Shown here: positions 45,443 through 56,196 of the stretch, in pieces
Numbering within the stretch: the first letter of the stretch is position 1
How the letters are laid out: the number at the start of each line of letters is the position of its first letter
Position numbers and translations under genes: made by a program
Assembly (NCBI GenBank): GCA_050287605.1
Contig: JBNKCG010000026.1
Span: 76,123 to 140,122, forward strand
From: Gammaproteobacteria bacterium
Lineage (GTDB): Bacteria; Pseudomonadota; Gammaproteobacteria; QQUJ01
Direction: 5' to 3'
Length of the DNA: 64,000 nucleotides
Notes under the pieces: generated by a model
The model's input: only the letters and a program-made list of their open reading frames with translations
The model's database searches: none
Told to the model about the DNA's origin: nothing

Positions 45443-47905
45443 TCAGTGGTCGTGGGAGTGATTGGCCGCCGAGTGCGGCTTCTTGCCCAGAATATTGGTC
45501 AGCGCCTGATCCAGCAGTGACTTCTCGTCGATCAGTTTGGCCGAACCGCGCCTAAACTCCAGGGCCAGACCCCTCTTGGTACGGTCGGTCACCTTCATGC
45601 CGTGGCGGTTGGTGAAGAGATAGCTGCCGGTGAGCGGGCTGATCCAGGAGAGCTTGCCGCGCAACGTGGTGCCGTCGGGGCGCGTGAACTCGATCCAGGT
45701 GCCCTTCTTCATGCGCTCGACGATTCCAAGGTAGCGCTCCTCGGAATCCGACTGCGGCTCGGGCGCCGGCTGCGGATCGCCGATGGTGATCTCTTCGATC
45801 TCCACCTGTGCCTGGTTTTCCCGCAGGTTCTCCATCAGCTCTTCGTAGCGCTGGCGCCGTTCTTCGGTCTGCTCTTCCTTGCGCGCCTCCTCCACGGGCT
45901 CCGAAAAGTCCGCGTAGGACATCACCTCTTCGGCGGTCAGTTCCTGTTCCGCGGCCAGCTCGGGAACGACCGACGCGATATCCAGCTTGTACGCTTCGAT
46001 ACCCGTCAGCTTGTCGCGTTCGGCGTCCATGGCCTGCTGCTTCTGATCGGCCTCGAACTGCGCCTGTTGAGTACGCCCGTCGCTCAGCGCCTGCGAGTGA
46101 CACAACTTGAGATCGGCCAGGAAGGCGTGACGTGACGCTTCGGGCATGGAGGCCATCTCCATGCCCTCCTGCAACCCTTCCAGCAACCAACCCAACGCAC
46201 CGACCAACCGCTGGCGTTCGCGATCAGTACGTTTGGGTTGCACGCTCCACAGCAAGGTATCCATGGTTTCGATGCAGCGCCGCCAGTTGTTGCCCTCTTC
46301 GCCTTCACGCAGAAAGTAGAGCAGCAACACCGTGTACCAGTGATCGCGCAGGAACTCGGCCACCGGCTGCGGCGGCGCCTGCTTGATGACGCGGCAGTCG
46401 ATCTCGTCGCGTACGATCACCTTGGCCATCATGACCCGCTCTTCGCCTTCCAACGCCTTGGCGGAGCGCTCCTCCACGCGTTCGGCGCGGTTTTGCTCGT
46501 GCTCCAGGTAGTCGCTGAGGCGATCGGCCAGCTCGGCAAACAGGGCGATGTCGTCGGAAAAATCGCGCAACACCGTCTCCACCACCTCTTCGACCTCGGC
46601 GTAGAGACTGCCTTCGGTGCGCGGCTCGCTCTCCTGCCAACCGGTGGCGGCACGCGCCACCGTATCCAGCAGCCGGCGCGAGGGATGGTTGCGCGAGGCG
46701 AAAAACGCCTTGTCGATGATGGCGACCTTGAGGACCGGGATCTGCAGGCGGCCGATAAGCGCCTTCATTGCCGGCGCAACGTTTTCGTTATCCAGGATGT
46801 AATCGAAGATCAGCGCAACGATGTCGATGGTCACACCGTCGGCGCGAACCAAGGGCTGCAGGTCCGGTGCGGACTTGATGTCACGCAAAACGTTGACCGT
46901 ACCGCTGACCAGTTGCCCCGCATCAAAGCTGCCGCTGAGACCGCCAACCCCCTGGCCGTGCTGCATGGCAGTCAAGGCATCCACCGCAGGGCCCAGCACC
47001 GCGGGAGCCAACGACACGCCACCCACGGGCGGAACACCGACAGCACCCGGGACGGCACCGGTCACGTAGTGCTGCAGCGCGTGGTAGAGGTTGATCTCGC
47101 CGCTGGTGTAGCCCGGCTGTTCGAATGCCCCGGACAAGTCGCTGGTTTGGGGTGGTGCGGCAGGCGTCATGGGCGGACGCTGGTAAGCGGGCCGTTTAAC
47201 CTGGTGGTTGATGACGGGAAGAATGTTGTTGTTGATCAGATACTGGTTGATCGCCAGGTAGAGTGCCTGCAAACCGGGGATCGCCAGCTTGTCGAACAGT
47301 TTCAGGACGATCAGTTTCGCTTTGACGTCGACGTTGATGTCGTGGCAAGCGTCGCGGAAAGCACCGCAGATCACCTCAGGACCGATGGGGTTGTCCTCGT
47401 TCTTGAGCTCTTTGCGACGCAGAATAAGTTGCAACCGCTGCTCCAGCTCGAACAGCTCCCGATGACAGGTGCTGCGTACCTTGCTGGCCATGCTGCTGGC
47501 GGCCAGCGACTCCTCCAGGTCTGCGTGTTCGATCAGGCTCAGGGAAAGACTGCTGTCGCCGGCATGCATCCCGGTGGTCGGGCTGTGCTTGCGCTTGACC
47601 ACCTCGGCGAAGCGCTCCATGAAGAGTTGGCGGGTGCGACGTTCGATCTCGCTGCGGCGGCGGCGTATCTCGCGCATGGCGTCGAAGTAAATCGTCTGTT
47701 CGGAGTCGCTGATCGCTTTATCAGCGCGTTCGAACAGCGTGTCATCCACTTTGTCCAGGGTCGCTGAGACAGCGCCGGTCAAGTATTCGGCAACACGATC
47801 ACGACATTCGGTAAGCACCCGCTTCGCCTCTATCGACCCGATGCCGCCCCGTTCACGATTGTAGCGGCGTAGATCCACGACTTTTCCCGTTTCGCCCGCA
47901 CTCAT
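45443..47905 (-). CDS. DUF1631-family protein
   Basis: Large helical protein with LIGRLQIPVLKVAIIDKAFF..HPSRRLLD and C-terminal GTWIEF..KLSWISP..YLFTN. Confidence 0.8.
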   Translation of the reverse strand: MSAGETGKVVDLRRYNRERGGIGSIEAKRVLTECRDRVAEYLTGAVSATLDKVDDTLFERADKAISDSEQTIYFDAMREIRRRRSEIERRTRQLFMERFAEVVKRKHSPTTGMHAGDSSLSLSLIEHADLEESLAASSMASKVRSTCHRELFELEQRLQLILRRKELKNEDNPIGPEVICGAFRDACHDINVDVKAKLIVLKLFDKLAIPGLQALYLAINQYLINNNILPVINHQVKRPAYQRPPMTPAAPPQTSDLSGAFEQPGYTSGEINLYHALQHYVTGAVPGAVGVPPVGGVSLAPAVLGPAVDALTAMQHGQGVGGLSGSFDAGQLVSGTVNVLRDIKSAPDLQPLVRADGVTIDIVALIFDYILDNENVAPAMKALIGRLQIPVLKVAIIDKAFFASRNHPSRRLLDTVARAATGWQESEPRTEGSLYAEVEEVVETVLRDFSDDIALFAELADRLSDYLEHEQNRAERVEERSAKALEGEERVMMAKVIVRDEIDCRVIKQAPPQPVAEFLRDHWYTVLLLYFLREGEEGNNWRRCIETMDTLLWSVQPKRTDRERQRLVGALGWLLEGLQEGMEMASMPEASRHAFLADLKLCHSQALSDGRTQQAQFEADQKQQAMDAERDKLTGIEAYKLDIASVVPELAAEQELTAEEVMSYADFSEPVEEARKEEQTEERRQRYEELMENLRENQAQVEIEEITIGDPQPAPEPQSDSEERYLGIVERMKKGTWIEFTRPDGTTLRGKLSWISPLTGSYLFTNRHGMKVTDRTKRGLALEFRRGSAKLIDEKSLLDQALTNILGKKPHSAANHSHDH

Positions 47906-48049
47906 GGTCTTCACCCGTCAGGACGCCGCGCGGCGGTGCACCGCGCTTTCGAATATATGTGTACCACTGATCAATTCCACAAAACGTGATAAGGCACTCA
48001 AATTTTTGGGGGTTATATAGGGTAGTCTCCCAATCAGGATTATCCATCA

Positions 48050-48949
48050 ATGACAGCGGGTGGTTCGATGAATCAAGCAACCGAACTGCGTAAGCAACAC
48101 CACCCAGAGATCGCGCGCCTCATCGAGGAGACCCGCGACCTGGTCTCTCCACCCGACGTGCACTTTGCGCTGCTGGAGGTCCTCAACGACCCCGCTTCCA
48201 CCAGCAGCGACATGGCCGAGGTGATCGCTCTCGATCCGGCCCTGACGGCCCGGCTGCTGCGCATCGTCAACAGTCCCTATTACGGCTTGGTGCGCCGCGT
48301 CGACACCATCTCGCGGGCGGTCACGATAATCGGCAGCAACGAGCTGTTCAATCTTGCGGTAGCTGTGTCGGCGACCTCGGTTTTCGCGCGCCTCCCCGGT
48401 TCGCTGGTCAATATGGACAACTTCTGGCATCACAGCGTCTACACCGCCATGGTGGGCCGCGAACTGGCCAAGATCTGCAACGTTCTGCACCCCGACCGTC
48501 TGTTCGTGGGTGGCATGCTCCACGATATCGGCAGCCTGCTGCTGTATAACGAACGCCCGGAGACCATGGCCGAACTCTTGCTGGTGGCGCAAGGCGACGA
48601 GGAGCTGATGTTCCACGCCGAACTAAACCGCCTAGGATTCAGCCACGCGGAAGTGGCCGCGGGAATTCTCGATCTTTGGCAACTTCCGCCGGTATTGTGT
48701 GCAGCGGTGGGCGCGCACCACACCCCGCTGGACAGTACCGAACCCACGCCCGAGGCGTGCATACTCTACGTCGCCGACTTCCTGGCCAATCGCTCCGAGC
48801 GCGGCGGTTTCGCTGCCGAAACCCAACCCAAGGGCACCATGGACGAAGCGGTGCTGAAACACCTGGGCATCGGCGCCAAAGAACTCGTCCCGGCAGCCGA
48901 AGCAGCAACGGCGAAGTTTGACGAGAGCATCGCGATGTTTTTGCCGTAA
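48050..48949 (+). CDS. HDOD-domain protein
   Basis: DPALTARLLRIVNSPYY, FWHHS, GMLHDIGSLLL, HAEVAAGILDLWQLP. Confidence 0.9.
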   Translation: MTAGGSMNQATELRKQHHPEIARLIEETRDLVSPPDVHFALLEVLNDPASTSSDMAEVIALDPALTARLLRIVNSPYYGLVRRVDTISRAVTIIGSNELFNLAVAVSATSVFARLPGSLVNMDNFWHHSVYTAMVGRELAKICNVLHPDRLFVGGMLHDIGSLLLYNERPETMAELLLVAQGDEELMFHAELNRLGFSHAEVAAGILDLWQLPPVLCAAVGAHHTPLDSTEPTPEACILYVADFLANRSERGGFAAETQPKGTMDEAVLKHLGIGAKELVPAAEAATAKFDESIAMFLP

Positions 48950-48976
48950 CGGCATGACGACGCTAATCTCAGCGTC

Positions 48977-49372
48977 ATGGACGGCGACCACTCGACACTG
49001 AAGCGTTTCATTCGCCACACCTTAGGGTGCGGATGCCCCGACGAGGTGCTGGATAAGATCGCGATCGATCGGCTATCCCCCACGCCCCCCGGAGGGCGGC
49101 CCATACTGCGCATAGACGTCGGCGGCCGCCTGTTGATCTACCTGGTCGACCGGCTACTTTCCGACGCCGCACTCGGCGACCTGCTGCTCAGCGGCGTCGC
49201 TGATCGCAACGAGCACGGCTTCAACCGTTTGCGGGTCGTACTGTGCCGCGACAGCAACACGTCGGACAATCACGGCCCGGACTCGACCCTGCCCTGGCCC
49301 AACGACGACAAGGTGCACGTCCACCGTCTGCCGCGCGATCAGATACCGCTTCAGGATCCCCACCCTGCGTAA
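48977..49372 (+). CDS. Hypothetical protein with a CGCP motif
   Basis: 131-aa ORF with protein-like composition (LGCGCPDEV, GGRLLIY, NRLRVVL, DDKVHVH). Confidence 0.6.
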   Translation: MDGDHSTLKRFIRHTLGCGCPDEVLDKIAIDRLSPTPPGGRPILRIDVGGRLLIYLVDRLLSDAALGDLLLSGVADRNEHGFNRLRVVLCRDSNTSDNHGPDSTLPWPNDDKVHVHRLPRDQIPLQDPHPA

Positions 49373-49459
49373 TCGTGCGCGCAGGTTGCGCCCGACCGCG
49401 CCCGCATCCGAACGCCCTGCAGCAACGCAGAGACCGCCACCACCTGGTCGCCTAAATGC

Positions 49460-49489
49460 AAAAGGCCCGGCAGAATGATTGCCGGGCCT
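49460..49489 (-). terminator. Rho-independent terminator of livK
   Basis: AGGCCCGGCA/TGCCGGGCCT stem followed by TTTT on the minus strand. Confidence 0.8.
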
Positions 49490-49517
49490 CTTGCGGACTG
49501 CAAATGCGCTGAGGGCG

Positions 49518-50615
49518 CTACTTCACGTAGTCATACTTGCCGTCGGTCCACTCGTAGACCACATAGCCGGGAGCGGTCACATCACCCTTGCCGTCGAAGC
49601 CAATCTTGCCCAACACGGTGTTGAACTGGCCCGCCTTGAGCGCCGAGATAATCTTGGCCGGCTCTACGGCTCCGGCTTTCTGCGCTGCCTGCGCCCAGGC
49701 CTGGATCGCGCCATAGGTGTAGAGCGTGTAGCCTTCGGGCTTGTAGTTCTGTGCCAGGAACTTGTCGACGATGGGCTTGGCTTGCGGGTTACGCGCCGGA
49801 TCGGGGCTGAAGGTCATCAGCGTACCCTCGCCGGCCGGACCGGTGATCGACCAATACTCGTCGGTCACCAGCGCATCGCCGGACATCAGCGTCGCATCCA
49901 TACCCTGCTCGCGCGCCTGACGGATGATCAGGCCGGCCTCGGTGTGATAGCCGCCGATGTAGATCAGGCCGATGTTGGCAGCCTTCATCTTGGACACTAG
50001 CGCCGAGTAGTCCTTTTCGCCCGCGGTGTAGGCCTCGTACATTGCCACCTTCTTGCCGCGCTTCTCGATCTGCGCCATGGTCTCGTCGGCCAGACCCTTG
50101 CCGTAGGCGGTCTTGTCCTGAAGGATGGCGATGTTCTTGCTGCCGAAGTGATCGACGATGTAGTTGCCTGCCACCACACCCTGCTGATCGTCACGGCCGC
50201 AAGTGCGGAACACGTTAGCAAGACCGCGTTCGGTCAGCTGGGGGTTGGTGGAAGCCGGCGAGATCTGCACGATGCCTTCCTCGGCGTAAACGTTGGAGGC
50301 AGGAATCGACGAACCCGAGCAGAAGTGACCGGCGACGAAAACCACGTTCTTATGCACGAACTGGTTGGCTACCGCGACGGCCTGCTTGGGATCGCATGCA
50401 TCGTCTCCCACTTCCAGCTTCAGTTTCTGACCCAGCACACCGCCCTTGGAGTTGATGTCCGCCACCGCCATCTCGGCGCCGCGCTTCATCTGCTCGCCGA
50501 ACGACGCATACTGACCGGTCATGGGTCCGGCCGTGGCGATCGTAATGTCCGCCTGTGCAGCGGTCACCAGACCCAGCGCAGCTGCGGTTACTACACCTAA
50601 CATTGCTTTCTTCAT
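49518..50615 (-). CDS. livK: Branched-chain amino acid ABC transporter substrate-binding protein
   Basis: AGPMTGQYASFG, DDACDPKQAV, GHFCSGSSIP, FRTCGRDDQQG, DKTAYGKGLA. Confidence 0.95.
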   Translation of the reverse strand: MKKAMLGVVTAAALGLVTAAQADITIATAGPMTGQYASFGEQMKRGAEMAVADINSKGGVLGQKLKLEVGDDACDPKQAVAVANQFVHKNVVFVAGHFCSGSSIPASNVYAEEGIVQISPASTNPQLTERGLANVFRTCGRDDQQGVVAGNYIVDHFGSKNIAILQDKTAYGKGLADETMAQIEKRGKKVAMYEAYTAGEKDYSALVSKMKAANIGLIYIGGYHTEAGLIIRQAREQGMDATLMSGDALVTDEYWSITGPAGEGTLMTFSPDPARNPQAKPIVDKFLAQNYKPEGYTLYTYGAIQAWAQAAQKAGAVEPAKIISALKAGQFNTVLGKIGFDGKGDVTAPGYVVYEWTDGKYDYVK

Positions 50616-50776
50616 GTTGGTTGCTCTCCTCTGGATTGCCTCTCTTGACAGCCGTCAACTGCAACGACTGGTTCTTGATGGCGGGTTCAGCGCTGGTCCA
50701 GATCCAATGCTAAACCCGTACCGTTGTAAGGACATCTCATACTCTAGCAGCCGGTCCGCAGACCGCAACCGCACCG

Positions 50777-51127
50777 TCATCGCGCCGCGGACTTGTAGCG
50801 GCAACTCCACGGTGATGTGCGCTCGTACAGCCAGGGATACTGGTACACCAGGCATTTGATGCGATTGACGCGGTACGCGGCCAGACCGTAGAGAACCAGC
50901 ACCGTCACGTCGATCAAAAAGCCGGAAAGCGACAGCAACGTGCCGCCGAACAAAGCGAAGATCAGGAACCGGCAAGCGAAGCCCAGCAATACGCAGTAGG
51001 CCACCGCCTGCCAGATCGGTTTCCAAGTGCTGGCCACCGCCGCACCGGTCATCCAGGCGGCAAACCCCATCAGCACGAACGTCACCGCGAAATAGACACC
51101 GCCGGTGGTCCCCAGAATCGCCTCCAT
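50777..51127 (-). CDS. Small membrane protein within the liv operon (DUF6867-like)
   Basis: Hydrophobic 116-aa ORF ending QYPWLYERTSPWS, between livF and livK. Confidence 0.75.
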   Translation of the reverse strand: MEAILGTTGGVYFAVTFVLMGFAAWMTGAAVASTWKPIWQAVAYCVLLGFACRFLIFALFGGTLLSLSGFLIDVTVLVLYGLAAYRVNRIKCLVYQYPWLYERTSPWSCRYKSAAR

Positions 51128-51129
51128 CG

Positions 51130-51843
<714 letters not shown>

Positions 51844-51878
51844 CGTCAGCTACCGTTTGCCGTAAACACGTTACACGA

Positions 51879-52739
51879 TCACCCCTGCTCCGGGCGCGAC
51901 GAGAGATCCTGAGTCACCACCGGTGGCAGCTCATCGGTCTCCTCTTCACCCAGGTAAGCCCGGATCACGTTGGGATCGTTGCGCACCTCCTCCGGTGAGC
52001 CGTCAGCGATCTTGCGCCCGTAGTCGAGCACCACCACGTGATCGGAGATGCCCATCACCACGCTCATGTCGTGTTCGATGAGCAGCAAGCCGATGCCCTC
52101 TTCGTCCCTGATCGACATCAGTAATTTGTTGAGATCCGCCGACTCGCGCGGATTGAGCCCTGCGGCCGGTTCGTCCAGGCAAAGAATCCTGGGGCGGGTG
52201 CACATGGCACGGGCGATCTCCAAACGCCGCTGATCGCCGTAGGGGAGGTTGCCTGCGTCCCAATCGGCCTTGTCGAGCAGATTGATGCGCTTTAGCCAAC
52301 TGGTCGCAAACTCCACCGCCTGCTTTTCCGCATTGCGATAGTGCTTCAGACCGAACAGTCCGCCGATGGTGTAGAAGGAATCGAGCATCAACTGGTTATG
52401 TTGAGCGACGATCAGGTTCTCCAGCACGGTCATCTGCGCAAACAGGCGGATGTTCTGGAAGGTTCGCGCCACACCTGCACGTGCGATACGAAATCCCTCC
52501 ATACGCTCCAGGTAGCGCGTCTTTTGGCCATCACGCAGCGTCAACCTGCCTTCGGTGGGGCGGTAGAACCCCGTCAAACAGTTGAACACCGTCGTCTTGC
52601 CGGCGCCGTTGGGCCCGATGATCGCGGTGATTTCGCGCTGCTGCGCTTCGAACGACAAATCGTCGATCGCCACCAGCCCACCGAAGCGCATAGTCAAGTG
52701 CTCCACCGTCAGCAACGGTGCCTCCGGCTGCGCGTTCAT
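51879..52739 (-). CDS. livG: BCAA ABC transporter ATPase
   Basis: GPNGAGKTT, RTFQNIRLF, LPYGDQRRLEIARAM, LDEPAAGLN, IEHDM. Confidence 0.96.
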   Translation of the reverse strand: MNAQPEAPLLTVEHLTMRFGGLVAIDDLSFEAQQREITAIIGPNGAGKTTVFNCLTGFYRPTEGRLTLRDGQKTRYLERMEGFRIARAGVARTFQNIRLFAQMTVLENLIVAQHNQLMLDSFYTIGGLFGLKHYRNAEKQAVEFATSWLKRINLLDKADWDAGNLPYGDQRRLEIARAMCTRPRILCLDEPAAGLNPRESADLNKLLMSIRDEEGIGLLLIEHDMSVVMGISDHVVVLDYGRKIADGSPEEVRNDPNVIRAYLGEEETDELPPVVTQDLSSRPEQG

Positions 52740-54064
52740 GCCCGCTCCTCCTCGGCGGCAGGCGACGGTGGTGGCGCAGGACCGTGCAAGCGGATGGTGG
52801 GATCACGCGAAGCCAGTAGCCCGCGCGGACGCCAGATCATGATCAACACCATCGCACCGCCGAAGGCCAACATGCGGAACTGGGCGAATTCGCGTCCCAG
52901 TTCCGGCAGCAGGATTAACGCCAACGCCGCGAGCACCACGCCGATCTGGCTACCCATTCCGCCCAGCACGACGATGGCGAGAATGGTTGCCGACTCGATG
53001 AAGGTAAAACTCTCCGGGCTGATGAAGCCCTGGCGGGTCGCAAAGAACGAACCGGCGAATCCGGCGAACATGGCGCCGATGGCAAAGGCCGTCAGCTTGG
53101 TGTTGGTCGGGTTGATGCCCAGCGAGCGGCAGGCAATCTCATCTTCGCGCAGCGCCTCCCAGGCACGGCCGATTGGCAGTTTGCGGATACGCAGGGTGAA
53201 GAAGTTGGTGATCAGCGCCAACATCAGAATCAGATAGTAGAGAAAGACCACGCGGTGCACACCCGCGTACTGGAGACCGAAAAACTGGTGAAAGGCGGTC
53301 TCGCCTTCAGCGGGAAAACGGGTGAAGTCGAGCCCAAAGAACGACGGCCGCGAGATTCCGGAAATGCCATCCGGTCCGTTGGTCACCGGATACCAGTTGA
53401 GCAGGATAATGCGGATCATCTCACCGAAACCCAGGGTGACGATGGCGAGATAGTCACCCCGCAACCGCAATACCGGAAATCCCAGCACCATACCGAAACA
53501 AGCGGCGAAAACACCGGCCAGCGGCAGACAGATCCAGAACGACCACCCAAAGTGGGTGCTTAGCAGCGCGTAGCTGTACGCCCCCACCGCGTAGAAGGCG
53601 ACGTAGCCCAGATCCAGCAGACCCGCCAGACCGACCACGATGTTGAGGCCCCAACCCAACATCACGTAAATCAGCACGTTCGTGGCGATGTCGATGGCGT
53701 AGCGGCTGGAGAAGGGCTCGGGCAGAAACGGCATCAAGAATGCGAAGGCCAGCGCCCCCATGACGATCCAGCCGACGTAGGGACTGACCACCGCAGCGGC
53801 CTTGGACATCAGCCCTTCGTCCTGGGTGACGGGTCGCTTCAGGCCGCGGTACAACCCGATCAACAAGCGCCCGAAGAACACGAACGCCACACCGTAGGCA
53901 ACCCAGTCGAACCGCGTCACCACGTCGAGTCCGCCGGTGACGTCCACCGTCTTAAACCCCACCAGCGGCAGCGCCAGCACGAAGGCGACGACGCCCGCCA
54001 GCACCGCGTCTTTCAGCACATGGGGAAGATCGATGGACCGTGGAATGGGATCGACGGCGGCCAT
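52736..54064 (-). CDS. livM: BCAA ABC transporter permease
   Basis: GLNIVVGLAGLLDLGY, LRGDYLAIVTLGFGE, GRAWEALREDEIA. Confidence 0.95.
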   Translation of the reverse strand: MAAVDPIPRSIDLPHVLKDAVLAGVVAFVLALPLVGFKTVDVTGGLDVVTRFDWVAYGVAFVFFGRLLIGLYRGLKRPVTQDEGLMSKAAAVVSPYVGWIVMGALAFAFLMPFLPEPFSSRYAIDIATNVLIYVMLGWGLNIVVGLAGLLDLGYVAFYAVGAYSYALLSTHFGWSFWICLPLAGVFAACFGMVLGFPVLRLRGDYLAIVTLGFGEMIRIILLNWYPVTNGPDGISGISRPSFFGLDFTRFPAEGETAFHQFFGLQYAGVHRVVFLYYLILMLALITNFFTLRIRKLPIGRAWEALREDEIACRSLGINPTNTKLTAFAIGAMFAGFAGSFFATRQGFISPESFTFIESATILAIVVLGGMGSQIGVVLAALALILLPELGREFAQFRMLAFGGAMVLIMIWRPRGLLASRDPTIRLHGPAPPPSPAAEEERA

Positions 54065-54065
54065 G

Positions 54066-54980
54066 TCACACCTTCTCCACTTCGGGCCGACCCAGCAGAC
54101 CGGTCGGTCGGAATATCAGTACCAGAACCAGAATCGAGAACGCCGCCACGTCTTTGTATTCGGTGGTGAAATAGCCCGACCAGAACGCCTCCACCAAACC
54201 CAAAATCAGGCCGCCCAACATGGCGCCCGGCAACGAGCCGATGCCACCCAGCACCGCCGCGGTGAACGCTTTCATGCCGGCGAGAAAACCGATGAAAAAA
54301 TCGACCACGCCGTAGTAGAGCGTCACCATCACACCGGCAACCGCCGCCAGCGATGCGCCCATGACAAAGGTCAGCGAAATGGTGCGGTCGACGTCGATGC
54401 CCAGCAGTCCTGCCATCTTCTGATCCTGTTCGCAGGCACGCTGGGCACGCCCCAACGCGGTGCGTCCGATGAGCAACGCAAACCCAACCATCAACACAAG
54501 GGTGAGTATCCAGATGAAGATCTGGATATAACTGAGCTGGACGACGAAATCATTCTCCTCGAAGAGGGTAAATCCACCCTGAATAACCGGCTGCAGCGGA
54601 CGCACCCGCGCGCCTTGCAGCAACTGGACGTAGTTCTGCAAAAAGATCGACATACCGATGGCGGAGATCAGCGGCGCCAGACGCGGCGCTCCGCGCAGCG
54701 GCCGGTAAGCGACGCGTTCCAACGTCCAGCCGTAGCAGGCGGTGAAGAACATGGCGACGATCAGCACGATGACCAGTGCCAACGGTACAAAGGTAATGCC
54801 AGCACCGCCGAGCAGCGTAAACGTGATGATCGACAGAAAGGCGGCGATCATATAGATCTCACCGTGCGCGAAATTGATCATTCCGATGATGCCGTACACC
54901 ATGGTATAGCCAATGGCGATCAGGCCGTAGATCATGCCCAGGGTCAGGCCATTGATGAGCTGTTGTAGAAAATAGGCCAC
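54066..54980 (-). CDS. livH: BCAA ABC transporter permease
   Basis: YGLIAIGYTMVYG, INFAHGE, KAFTAAVLGGIGS, RPTGLLG. Confidence 0.96.
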   Translation of the reverse strand: MAYFLQQLINGLTLGMIYGLIAIGYTMVYGIIGMINFAHGEIYMIAAFLSIITFTLLGGAGITFVPLALVIVLIVAMFFTACYGWTLERVAYRPLRGAPRLAPLISAIGMSIFLQNYVQLLQGARVRPLQPVIQGGFTLFEENDFVVQLSYIQIFIWILTLVLMVGFALLIGRTALGRAQRACEQDQKMAGLLGIDVDRTISLTFVMGASLAAVAGVMVTLYYGVVDFFIGFLAGMKAFTAAVLGGIGSLPGAMLGGLILGLVEAFWSGYFTTEYKDVAAFSILVLVLIFRPTGLLGRPEVEKV

Positions 54981-55633
54981 GACTAGAACTCCAGCGCGCG
55001 GCGCATGGCGCCGACCGAGGCGGATCGCGTACCAGCGGAACAGTGAGAAGAAGTAAAATCTACTGCAATAGTTTTTCTATTGACCGGTAACACCATACCG
55101 GCTCCTTTCCGGACCATCCCACAGATGCGCTGCGCCTCTGGACAGAGATCGGGAACCGCTCATGCTCCCTAAAACTGTCCACCCTCTCTCGATTAATTAT
55201 GATGAATCGTTGTTGCGTCGCAGCCGGGAGGCCGCAGATGGAGAAAGCAGCCTACCCTCATGACAGCGTCATAACAAGTCTTTCAATTATTATCGATCAA
55301 AGTCAAAAAAATCTGCGTAAAACTGCAATTAAACCCCGACCTTACAGAATATTTCATGGTGCAAGCCCTCAAATACGAAAAAATATCTTAACAAAATCGT
55401 AGGAATCCCGTTCACTCGGCGGACCCGCCGAGCGCCTCGAAACCCCAAAGACGAAACGCGATCACTTCGTCGCCCGGCTGCGGCAACCGACCGAGAGCCA
55501 CGATCGCGCCTCGCCATGTGGCGCGTCAATACAGGGTGGCATTGGTGGAGACGTACCGCTAGCTAGGGAACAGCGAGTTGAGTTGGAGTTAGTGGCCGGG
55601 GAGGAAGGGAGCCTCCCCGGCGAAGGTGTTGCG

Positions 55634-55858
55634 CTACGCTCGCTCCGTACGGTGCGAAGCGATGATCGCAGCCATCTTGTCTTTACAGTGCAGTTTTTCC
55701 TTCTTTAACCGGGCCAGCGTGAAATCGTCCAGGGGAAGGGTGCCGATTTCCGCTTCACGGACTTTGCCTTTGAGTTCGTGATGCAAATCGTGCAGCTTGC
55801 GGAAATTGACATCCGAGGCGAGCAGTTCCTCGACGATTTCCTGATCGTATTCGAACAT
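55634..55858 (-). CDS. YdcH/DUF465 small coiled-coil protein
   Basis: MFEYDQEIVEELL..NFRKLHDLH..LKKEKLHCKDKM; RBS GAGGAGG. Confidence 0.85.
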   Translation of the reverse strand: MFEYDQEIVEELLASDVNFRKLHDLHHELKGKVREAEIGTLPLDDFTLARLKKEKLHCKDKMAAIIASHRTERA

Positions 55859-56196
55859 CGCTACCTCCTCTAAATGGAAAGAAACCGGCCTCTGGAACAA
55901 CGGCAGACGGGAGCGGCCGCGCCCCCCTTGTCGATCCGTGGTGGCGGTCGACTCGGATTCGTCCGCCCGAGGTAAGGCCGTGCACAGCGTTGGGAGCGCC
56001 TGATTGGCTGGGAGTCGAGATTCAACTGAGTTGGTCCCACAACCTCAACCCTAGACCAATTCGCTGCCCTGGGCAATGGCTGGATCACCCACGGCGGCCC
56101 GGTGGTTGGGGACGCGAACCGCCCCCTCCTCGCTTGTCACGCCCCCGGCCACGGCCGATAATGACCGGCCGTTTTTTGCCGCCGATCCCGCGCCCG

